Shown here: positions 9,408 through 17,292 of the stretch, piece by piece
How positions within the stretch are numbered: position 1 is the first letter of the stretch
How the letters are laid out: each line of letters starts with the position of its first letter
Origin: Steroidobacteraceae bacterium
Lineage (GTDB): Bacteria > Pseudomonadota > Gammaproteobacteria > Steroidobacterales > Steroidobacteraceae
Length of the DNA: 64,000 nt
Reading direction: 5' to 3'
Assembly: GCA_036834945.1 (NCBI GenBank)
Contig: DAITMW010000001.1
Span: 24,454-88,453 of the forward strand
Notes under the pieces: generated by a model
What the model saw: only the letters and a program-made list of their open reading frames with translations
What the model was told of the DNA's origin: nothing
Database searches by the model: none
Program-made: the position numbers and the translations under genes

Positions 9408-10367
9408 ATGCAGTCACTCTCCCGCTATATCTTTCCGGTTCTCGTGGCGCTATTCGCGGCCGCGTGCCTTTATGGGCTGCGCGGCGACATCGCTCAGATC
9501 TCACTTGCACCCCTGGTGCATGCGTGGGACTGGGTGGCCCTGGCGGTGTTGTGCTCGTTGCTCAACTACGCCGTGCGCATCGTCCGCTGGCAGCGCTACC
9601 TGGCGAAACTGGGCCGCTCGCTGCCACTGGGGTTCACCACCCTGACATACCTGGCCGGATTCGCCTTTACCGTCTCGCCGGGGAAGGTGGGCGAGATGGC
9701 ACGGGCCCGCTATTACTCCCGGCTCGGAGTGTCGCTGGCCGATGTCGCTGGCGCGTTCTTCGTCGAGCGGCTCATGGATGTCATGGCCATGATGGTGCTT
9801 GCCGCGTTGATCGTCGCTGCGCTCCCGGCGTATCACCTGGTGATGTGGAGCGCGGGTGCGATGGTCCTCGTTACCCTGATCATGCTCGCTGTGCTGCCAT
9901 GGAGCACGCTCGCCGGGAAGCTGGCTGGTGGGACCCACTTGCCCCGCGTCGTGATCCGTGTGGGTGTGGGAGTGGCGCAGGCGTTGGTTGCGGCGCGCTC
10001 ACTGTTGAGTCCCGGCGCCCTGTTGTTTGGCTTCGTGTTGGGACTGACCGCCTGGGGGCTGGAAGGACTGGGCCTGTACGCGCTCGGCTCGATGTTTCCG
10101 GCGACGCACCTCGCTGCCTCGACGGGTGTCGGCATTTACGCCGTTGCCGTGCTGGCGGGTGCCGTATCTTTCCTTCCGGGCGGGCTCGGAAGCACCGAAG
10201 CGGTAATGACTGCGTTGTTGACGGCGCAAGGGCTGGCCGTCGGCGATGCTCTGCTGATGACGATCGTCTGCCGCCTCGTGACCTTGTGGTTCGCTGTTCT
10301 GATCGGTTGGGGAGCGGTTTTCACCCTGCGTAACCGCTTGACTCCCATGGTGTCGTCATGGCCGTGA
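9408..10367 (+). CDS. Flippase-like membrane protein (lysyl-PG synthase TM-region / UPF0104 family)
   Basis: Trimmed to the ATG at 9408 (MQSLSRYIFPVLVALF). Multi-pass, with the RWQRYL and SPGKVGE signatures common in this family. 10-nt overlap with the next gene. Confidence 0.6.
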   Translation: MQSLSRYIFPVLVALFAAACLYGLRGDIAQISLAPLVHAWDWVALAVLCSLLNYAVRIVRWQRYLAKLGRSLPLGFTTLTYLAGFAFTVSPGKVGEMARARYYSRLGVSLADVAGAFFVERLMDVMAMMVLAALIVAALPAYHLVMWSAGAMVLVTLIMLAVLPWSTLAGKLAGGTHLPRVVIRVGVGVAQALVAARSLLSPGALLFGFVLGLTAWGLEGLGLYALGSMFPATHLAASTGVGIYAVAVLAGAVSFLPGGLGSTEAVMTALLTAQGLAVGDALLMTIVCRLVTLWFAVLIGWGAVFTLRNRLTPMVSSWP

Positions 10368-11806
10368 ACGCGCAGATCCTGTCGGGCCCGCCGCTGTGTG
10401 TCGACCTCGACGGGACCTTGATCCACAGTGACCTGTTGCTCGAGTCGCTGCTGCTGCTCCTGAAACGCAACCCGTTGTACCTGCTGCTCGCCGTGCTCTG
10501 GCTGCTGCGAGGCGGTAAAGCCGCCCTGAAAGCGGAAATCGCGGCCCGGGTGAGCTTCGACCCGGCGGCGCTCCCCTATAACAAGGAGTTGCTCGCCTGG
10601 TTGAAAACCGAGCGCGCGGAGGGCCGCTCACTGTGGCTATGTACCGCAGCCAATGAGAAGCTCGCCGCGGCGGTGGCGCGCCACCTCCAGTTGTTCGACG
10701 GCGTGCTCGCAAGTGACTCCACCAATAACGTTGCCGGGCAGCGCAAGGCGGATCAACTCATCGAGCGCTTCGGCCGCGGTGGCTTCGACTACTGCGGGAA
10801 TGAGTGGCGCGACATGGCGATCTGGCGCTACGCGCGCGGTGCAATCATCGTGAACGCCCCCGCGGGGCTGGAGAAAGCCGCGGCGGCGGACTCGTCGGCA
10901 CACGTTTTACGTACATTCCCTTCTCGTTCTGATCGCCTGCGTGCCGCTGTGCGTGCGCTGCGTCCCCATCAGTGGGCGAAGAACGTCCTGGTGCTCGTCC
11001 CGCTGTTCACAGCGCATCGTCTGGGTGAGCTCGATGCTCTCGCGGATGCGCTGTTGGGTTTGGTCGCATTCTGTCTGTGCGCCTCTTCAGTGTATCTGCT
11101 GAACGACATGCTCGACCTGGAGGCGGACCGTGCCCATGCACGTAAGTCGAAGCGTCCGTTCGCGGCCGGCGACCTGTCGCTCGCGGCCGGCTTCGTACTG
11201 GTGCCCGCATTGCTGGGTGGTGCGATCGCCATCGCGGCGTTCTTGCCGGAAAAATTCCAATGGTGGCTCGCCGCCTATTATGTTCTGACGGTCGCGTACT
11301 CCTTCGCGTTGAAGCGGCTGCTGTTGATCGATGCGGTCGCGCTCGCCGGGCTCTACACCTTGCGCATCGTTGCGGGCGCGGGGGCCGCGACGGTCGCACT
11401 CTCGTTCTGGTTATTGTTGTTCTCGGTCTTCCTGTTCCTGAGCCTGGCGTTCGTGAAGCGCTATGCGGAGCTGGACGCCCTGCGGCGGCAGCACCGGCTT
11501 CAGGCACTCGGCAGGGGCTATCACGTGGAAGACCTGGCGGTGCTGCAGACATTCGGTACCGCCGCGGGCTACCTGAGCGTGCTGGTGCTGGCGCTGTACA
11601 TCAACTCGCCCGATATCCTGCCGCTCTACCACCGTCCCAAGTTGATCTGGATGCTCTGCGTCCTGATGTTGTATTGGATCAGTCGTGTCTGGATGACCGC
11701 TCACCGGGGCAAGATGCACGATGACCCCGTCGTCTACGCGCTGCGGGACCGGGTGAGTCTCCTGCTGGGCCTGGGTGCTGCGATCACGATCGCTCTTGCG
11801 ATATAG
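10358..11806 (+). CDS. Fusion protein: N-terminal HAD-like phosphatase domain + C-terminal UbiA-family polyprenyl-phosphate phosphoribosyltransferase-like domain
   Basis: 482 aa. CVDLDGTLIHSD (HAD motif I) sits at the N-terminus. LLNDMLDLEADRAHARKSKRPFAAG (NDxxDxxxD) followed by several TM helices marks the UbiA part. Confidence 0.75.
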   Translation: MAVNAQILSGPPLCVDLDGTLIHSDLLLESLLLLLKRNPLYLLLAVLWLLRGGKAALKAEIAARVSFDPAALPYNKELLAWLKTERAEGRSLWLCTAANEKLAAAVARHLQLFDGVLASDSTNNVAGQRKADQLIERFGRGGFDYCGNEWRDMAIWRYARGAIIVNAPAGLEKAAAADSSAHVLRTFPSRSDRLRAAVRALRPHQWAKNVLVLVPLFTAHRLGELDALADALLGLVAFCLCASSVYLLNDMLDLEADRAHARKSKRPFAAGDLSLAAGFVLVPALLGGAIAIAAFLPEKFQWWLAAYYVLTVAYSFALKRLLLIDAVALAGLYTLRIVAGAGAATVALSFWLLLFSVFLFLSLAFVKRYAELDALRRQHRLQALGRGYHVEDLAVLQTFGTAAGYLSVLVLALYINSPDILPLYHRPKLIWMLCVLMLYWISRVWMTAHRGKMHDDPVVYALRDRVSLLLGLGAAITIALAI

Positions 11807-11815
11807 GGCCGATAG

Positions 11816-13132
11816 ATGGTTTCACGCGTGGTCTCATCATGGGGCAACGTCATCCGTGCGCCGCACACGATGTATGGCATGCACGGTCGCTCCGATGCTT
11901 TCCCCGCGCTGCCGGCCGCCAGCACGGTGCTCCCCTTCGGCAATGGACGTAGCTATGGCGACAGCTGCCTGAATGTAGGTGGAGCGCTGCTGCAGACCAG
12001 GGGGCTCGACCGGTTCATCGGCTTCGATCGTGAAACGGGCGTGCTGGCGTGCGAAGCCGGTGTGTTGCTGGCGGAGATTCTGCGTCTCGTGGTGCCCGGC
12101 GGCTGGTTCCTACCGGTCGTCCCCGGAACCTGTTTCGTTACCGTCGGCGGTGCCATCGCGAACGACGTGCACGGGAAGAACCATCATCTCGCCGGCACCT
12201 TTGGCCGGCATGTCCGGCGCTTCGAGTTGTTGAGATCGGACGGGACGCGGCTCGTGTGCTCGCCCACGGAAAATGCCGATTGGTTCGCCGCCACGGTGGG
12301 CGGATTGGGCCTGACTGGTGTGGTGACCTGGGCGGAGTTGCAACTCCGGGAGATTCACGGCCCACGACTCGACGTCGAGAGCGTTCGTTTCGCGAATCTC
12401 GAGGAGTTCTTCGCACTGTGCGCTGAAACGGAGCGCTCTCACGAATACACGGTCGCCTGGATCGATTGTCTCGGTCGCGGCAAGCACCTCGGCCGCGGTA
12501 TTCTGCAAGCTGCCAACCACGCGCGCGAACAAACCTCCACGGCGCCGGCGCCCGGTAGAAACATAACGGTGCCGTTCGCGCCGCCGGTCTCGCTCGTCAA
12601 CGCGTTGTCACTGCGGGTTTTCAACACACTGTACTATCACCGGCAGGTCGGACGACTGAAGCGGGCGAGCGAGCACTTTCAAACCTTCTTCTTCCCCCTC
12701 GACCGGATCCTGCACTGGAACCGGATGTACGGTCCGTCGGGCTTCTACCAATACCAGTGTGTAGTGCCGACGGCCGTCGCACGCGAGGCGACCACGGAGT
12801 TGCTCGATACCATCTCGCGTAGCGGGTGGGGGTCGTTTCTCGCCGTACTGAAACGCTTCGGCAGCCTCGTTTCGCCCGGACTGCTTTCGTTTCCGCGGGA
12901 GGGCATTACGGTGGCTCTCGACTTCCCGAATCGAGGCGCTGGAGTGGAGCGGCTTTTCCAGTCGCTCGATCGCATTGTCAGCCAGGCTGGCGGGGCGCTC
13001 TATCCCGCCAAGGACGGCCGGATGCCCGGCGCCCTGTTCCGTAGCGGCTATCCGCGGTGGCAGGAATTTTCCCGGTATATCGACCCCGCCTGCTCTTCGA
13101 GCTTCTGGCGACGGGTAACGGAGAACGTGTGA
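11816..13132 (+). CDS. FAD-binding oxidoreductase, DprE1-like (polyprenylphosphoryl-ribose 2'-oxidase-like)
   Basis: 438 aa with PFGNGRSYGDSCLN and GGAIANDVHGKNHH motifs of the VAO/PCMH FAD fold. Positioned between the UbiA and SDR genes. Confidence 0.7.
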   Translation: MVSRVVSSWGNVIRAPHTMYGMHGRSDAFPALPAASTVLPFGNGRSYGDSCLNVGGALLQTRGLDRFIGFDRETGVLACEAGVLLAEILRLVVPGGWFLPVVPGTCFVTVGGAIANDVHGKNHHLAGTFGRHVRRFELLRSDGTRLVCSPTENADWFAATVGGLGLTGVVTWAELQLREIHGPRLDVESVRFANLEEFFALCAETERSHEYTVAWIDCLGRGKHLGRGILQAANHAREQTSTAPAPGRNITVPFAPPVSLVNALSLRVFNTLYYHRQVGRLKRASEHFQTFFFPLDRILHWNRMYGPSGFYQYQCVVPTAVAREATTELLDTISRSGWGSFLAVLKRFGSLVSPGLLSFPREGITVALDFPNRGAGVERLFQSLDRIVSQAGGALYPAKDGRMPGALFRSGYPRWQEFSRYIDPACSSSFWRRVTENV

Positions 13133-13866
13133 GAAGAATACTGATTGTCGGCGCTACCTCGGCGATCGCGGAAGCGACCGCGCGGCTGTTGGCTGAGCGC
13201 GGTGATGCCTTGTACCTGGTCGCGCGCAACGAGGCGCGCCTTGCGGCGATTGCCGCCGATCTGCTCATACGTGGAAGTCCACGAGTCGGCAGCGAGGTCC
13301 TCGACGCAAACAACTTCGAGGCCCACGAGCCCATGCTCGCGCGCGCGGAGTCATTCCTTGGCGGTTGCGACGTGGTGCTGATTGCCCATGGAACGTTGAG
13401 TGACCAGAAAGCCTGCGAGAGCTCGGTCGAGCTGACCTTGCAGGAGATCAACACCAACGCGCTCTCCGTCGTCGCGCTGCTCACCCGCATTGCGAACCGT
13501 CTCGCTCAGCGACGGGCGGGAACTATCGCGGTGATCTCTTCCGTCGCGGGGGATCGTGGCCGCGGCAGCAACTACGTCTACGGCAGCGCGAAGGCAATGG
13601 TGACGGCATTCCTATCCGGCCTGCGCCAGCGATTGGGCAAGACGGGCGTCAATGTCGTGACGATCAAGCCGGGCTTCGTGGATACGCCGATGACCGCCGC
13701 GTTCGCCAAGGGCCCGCTCTGGGCGCGCCCCGACCGCGTTGCCGCCGGAATCGTGCGTGCCATCGACAAGCAGAGCGGCACCGTTTACCTACCGGGCTTC
13801 TGGCGTCCCATCATGCTGGTGATCCGCGCCATCCCCGAGAGTTTGTTCCTGCGACTGTCGCTGTGA
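13129..13866 (+). CDS. Short-chain dehydrogenase/reductase, DprE2-like
   Basis: The GTG at 13129 overlaps the upstream TGA (GTGA). IVGATSAIAEA cofactor motif and YGSAK catalytic motif. About 245 aa. Confidence 0.7.
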   Translation: MRRILIVGATSAIAEATARLLAERGDALYLVARNEARLAAIAADLLIRGSPRVGSEVLDANNFEAHEPMLARAESFLGGCDVVLIAHGTLSDQKACESSVELTLQEINTNALSVVALLTRIANRLAQRRAGTIAVISSVAGDRGRGSNYVYGSAKAMVTAFLSGLRQRLGKTGVNVVTIKPGFVDTPMTAAFAKGPLWARPDRVAAGIVRAIDKQSGTVYLPGFWRPIMLVIRAIPESLFLRLSL

Positions 13867-13879
13867 GTGCCGGCCCCGC

Positions 13880-15451
13880 TCAATCGGGGACGTAGCGGGT
13901 GATGGTCGGCTCGATTTGAGCGGCCAGCCGCATGATCTGGGCATCGACGTTCGACTCGTTCGAATTCGGCGGCACGGCCGCTACGAACCGGATCAAGGCG
14001 CCGTCGGTGCGCTGGCGGGTGAGCGCATCCCAGAACAAATACCAACGTGCGGCGTACTCGCTCGTCAGGTGTCGTCCGCGCTCCTGGAACCAATAATAGA
14101 CAATCTGGCGCCGCGAGCCGAGTTGGACAATCGCGCGATTGACCTGGAAGGCGGCGGTAGAGCCGTGCGCGGGGAAGGTGCGCTGTCCGAACTCGGTGAT
14201 TTCCCAACCGCCACCCGGAATACAGTCGTGGGGTGAATGAATCGCGCGGGTGTTGTCCTGCGACTGGTAATAAGCGGCGTAGAAATTCACCGTCTTGCCG
14301 TCCGCAGCCCGGAAGTCGGTCAACACGTAGTCATCGAGCTGCAGAGCGTCGAGGTAGATCTTCTCCAACGTTTCGTGCCGGCCGCTCCACCCGCCCACAC
14401 TGGTCGGAAAATCATAGAAGCTGGTTCTGGCGGGAAGGGTGGCGTGCGCCTCGGGGGCGGCGACGTCCAATACCAAGCCGGCGAACACCAAGGCAGCGGC
14501 GGCGATAAACGGGCGTGGTACGGCTTGTTGTGCGGCCAGCCGTGGTGCGTCGTTGCGCGGACCGGCCGGCACGGGAGCGAGATTGAACGCATCGCGCCAC
14601 TGCGTCGGGGAGGGGCCGAGCCGTGCGAGAGCGAATGCGGTCAGAATGAGCGCACCGGTGCTGAACATGAACACCAGCCAGCCCTCGAACTCGTGCAAAG
14701 CGCCTTCCGCCATGCTGGGGCCCCACCGGTCCACCGTGATGCCGATGAAACCGATGCGCAGGCTGTTCATGATGACGGTGATGGGAATACTCGACAGGAA
14801 AATCGTCACGCGCTTCCACAGCGGGCCACGGAACAGGTAGGCCACGATGAAGGCGAGAGTCATCAGCGGAAACAGGTAGCGCAGGCCGCTGCAGGCCTGG
14901 GCAACCTCGAGTTGGTAGTTGCCGAGATCGATGATGTTGCCTTCGAGCAGGACGCTGATGCCCGCCGCGCGTATGACGACCACGCCGAGCGCGGAGGACA
15001 GCAACTGCAGCCGCAGCGACAACGCGTTGTCGAAGATCGAAGGCAGCGGCAGCGCGAATACGAGTATGAGCAGTGGCATCCACAACCGACGGAACACCAC
15101 CGGGCCGACCAGGGTCAGGACCAGGCCGTAAACCACCAGCAGGAAAGCGTAGTGCTCCAGTGTTTGCATGGTGGTCAACTCACCGATCGAGCGCAGCGCC
15201 AGTCCGCCGGCGATGAGCGCGAGTCCCCACCACGATCCTACAAAAGGCAACTGGCGCAGCTGGGCGCGCTGCCGCCAGATCAGGAAAGCCGACAGTACCG
15301 GGATGATGATTCCATGGCTGTACTCGGGCTTGAGATTCCAGATATTGTAGACGCCGGCCAGGACCCGCGCGAACGGCACGATGGCGGCAACAACTACAAC
15401 CGCGAGCAACGCGTAGAGCCGTACGGGCGAGGGCAGGCGCAGCTGATACAT
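13880..15451 (-). CDS. Exosortase (XrtA-like) fused to a C-terminal EpsI-family domain
   Basis: Trimmed to the ATG at 15451 (MYQLRL..). Exosortase signatures are EYSHGIIIP, CSGLRYLFPL (Cys), NSLRIGFIGI (Arg) and HEFEGWLVF (His). The C-terminal periplasmic domain has the EpsI hallmark IHSPHDCIPGGGW. Confidence 0.85.
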   Translation of the reverse strand: MYQLRLPSPVRLYALLAVVVVAAIVPFARVLAGVYNIWNLKPEYSHGIIIPVLSAFLIWRQRAQLRQLPFVGSWWGLALIAGGLALRSIGELTTMQTLEHYAFLLVVYGLVLTLVGPVVFRRLWMPLLILVFALPLPSIFDNALSLRLQLLSSALGVVVIRAAGISVLLEGNIIDLGNYQLEVAQACSGLRYLFPLMTLAFIVAYLFRGPLWKRVTIFLSSIPITVIMNSLRIGFIGITVDRWGPSMAEGALHEFEGWLVFMFSTGALILTAFALARLGPSPTQWRDAFNLAPVPAGPRNDAPRLAAQQAVPRPFIAAAALVFAGLVLDVAAPEAHATLPARTSFYDFPTSVGGWSGRHETLEKIYLDALQLDDYVLTDFRAADGKTVNFYAAYYQSQDNTRAIHSPHDCIPGGGWEITEFGQRTFPAHGSTAAFQVNRAIVQLGSRRQIVYYWFQERGRHLTSEYAARWYLFWDALTRQRTDGALIRFVAAVPPNSNESNVDAQIMRLAAQIEPTITRYVPD

Positions 15452-15459
15452 GTTTTGCT

Positions 15460-15481
15460 CTATTTTGTGGACCCAAAATAG
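15460..15481. promoter_or_regulatory. Perfect 8-N6-8 inverted repeat CTATTTTG-TGGACC-CAAAATAG in the exosortase/GT2 divergent intergenic region
   Basis: Read directly from the sequence. It starts 9 nt upstream of the exosortase ATG and is AT-rich in a GC-rich background. Function (operator or 5'-UTR hairpin) is inferred. Confidence 0.35.
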
Positions 15482-15529
15482 TACGCGGTGAATACGACGG
15501 TTTGGTGACGGCCGGCAAGGTGAGGAACT

Positions 15530-16357
15530 GTGGGTGTTTCGGCTCTGATTCTGACTCTCAACGAGGAGATCAACATCGCGGCGTGCCTGGAGTCGCTGTC
15601 CTGGTGCGACGATATCGTGGTGCTGGACTCGCTGAGTACTGATCGCACGCGCACGATCGCCGAGGAGCACGGCGCGCGGGTGGTCACCCGATCATTTGAC
15701 AATTGGTCGGCCCACCAGAACTGGGCGGTCACCCACATCGAGTTCCGCCATCCTTGGGTGCTCTACCTGGATGCGGACGAGCGCTGCCCGCAGGAACTAC
15801 GGGACGATGTGCTGGCGCGCGCGCTCCCCGATGCTCCAGAAGCCGCCTTCCGGATCCGGCGCAAGGATTTCTTCATGGGGCACTGGCTGAAGCATGCGCA
15901 GTTGTATCCCACCTGGCTCGTACGCCTCTTCCGACCGCAGCGCATTCGTTACGAGCGTCTCGTAAACCCCGTGGCCGTGGTCGACGGTCCGACCGGCGAG
16001 CTTTCCGGGCACGTCATCCACTACCCATTCAGTCACGGTGTCTCTCATTGGATTGCGCGCCACAACCGCTACTCCGATATGGAGGCCATCGAGGCGGCGA
16101 AAGTGCACGAGCAACGCGGAGCCTCGGGCTCCCTGTGGTCGCGGGACCCGAACGAGCGGCGCCGGGCCATGAAAGATATCTTCTTCCAACTCCCGGCGCG
16201 TCCGCTCATCAAGTTCCTGTACTACTACGGCTGGCGGCGCGGCTTTCTCGACGGCCGCGCCGGATTCACCTACGCGACCCTGCAGGCGATCTACGAATAC
16301 ATGATCGCCTGCAAGGGTGTGGAGTTGGAAAGGCGGCGGCGCGGGTTGCCCGTATGA
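15530..16357 (+). CDS. Glycosyltransferase family 2 (WaaE/KdtX-like)
   Basis: 275 aa, GTG start. VSALILTLNEEINI and LYLDADE (DxD). Its C-terminal region is typical of the LPS-core-type GT2 subgroup. Confidence 0.8.
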   Translation: MGVSALILTLNEEINIAACLESLSWCDDIVVLDSLSTDRTRTIAEEHGARVVTRSFDNWSAHQNWAVTHIEFRHPWVLYLDADERCPQELRDDVLARALPDAPEAAFRIRRKDFFMGHWLKHAQLYPTWLVRLFRPQRIRYERLVNPVAVVDGPTGELSGHVIHYPFSHGVSHWIARHNRYSDMEAIEAAKVHEQRGASGSLWSRDPNERRRAMKDIFFQLPARPLIKFLYYYGWRRGFLDGRAGFTYATLQAIYEYMIACKGVELERRRRGLPV

Positions 16358-17292
16358 GCGCGGCGCTCGCCACGCCGACGGTTTCATTGGGGCCCATCGG
16401 CAAGTCCGCGCTTCGCGTTGGTTTCGGGACGGGTGGCCTGCTGCGGATCAGTAGTGCGCGCCGCAGGCAGAGCACACTGGCTGCCGCTCTTGCGAGCGGT
16501 ATCACACACTTCGATACCGCACCGCTGTATGGATTCGGTGAGTCCGAGCGCGAGTTGGGACGATTTCTGCGCGGCCGGCGCGGCGAAGTCACTTTGACGA
16601 CCAAGTTTGGGCTGCAGCCCTCGGCATTGGCCGCGCGCCTCGTCGTCCTGCAGAGCCTCGCCCGTCGCGCCATCGAGTTGTTCCCGGCGCTACGCCGCGC
16701 CGCGGTACGTAACTCGGGAGCACTGTCCGCGCCGCCTTTCTTCTCGCGCGCGGACGCGGGCAAGAGCCTGGAAAAAAGCCTCCGGGCCCTACGGACGGAG
16801 TATGTCGATTTCTTCCTCGCGCACCAGGCGTCCGCCGCCTCATTGCCCGATGAGGAGCTCATCGGCTGGCTGGAGGATGTGCGGCGCGAGGGCAAGATCC
16901 TGGCCTTCGGTGTGGCCACCGATTTCGACTGGTTGCCGCCGGTACTGCAACAGCGACCTCAGTTGTCGGGTGTCATCCAATTCGATAGTGACCCGACGAG
17001 GCGGCACGACGCGGTTTCCGGAAGCAAGACTGATCGGTTGCTGATCACTTACGGCTTCCTCGGCCGGGCTATCGCGGTCTGTCGAGCTCATCTGCGGGAG
17101 CTCGATCGGGTGAGCGATGACGAGTTGGGCGGGCTGCTGCTGCGGGCCGCCGTGTTGTCCAACCCGGATGGGATTGTGCTGATGCAGTCCCGCTCGGCTC
17201 GCCGCATCGAAAGCAATGTGCGTGCCGCCACGTGCAGCGACGATGACGAGCGCGTGCGCAATCTCCTGCAGCAGCTCGGATCGCGGCCGTGA
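16354..17292 (+). CDS. Aldo/keto reductase family oxidoreductase
   Basis: Trimmed to the ATG at 16354, which overlaps the GT2 stop (ATGA). FDTAPLYGFGESE motif. About 312 aa. Confidence 0.7.
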   Translation: MSAALATPTVSLGPIGKSALRVGFGTGGLLRISSARRRQSTLAAALASGITHFDTAPLYGFGESERELGRFLRGRRGEVTLTTKFGLQPSALAARLVVLQSLARRAIELFPALRRAAVRNSGALSAPPFFSRADAGKSLEKSLRALRTEYVDFFLAHQASAASLPDEELIGWLEDVRREGKILAFGVATDFDWLPPVLQQRPQLSGVIQFDSDPTRRHDAVSGSKTDRLLITYGFLGRAIAVCRAHLRELDRVSDDELGGLLLRAAVLSNPDGIVLMQSRSARRIESNVRAATCSDDDERVRNLLQQLGSRP

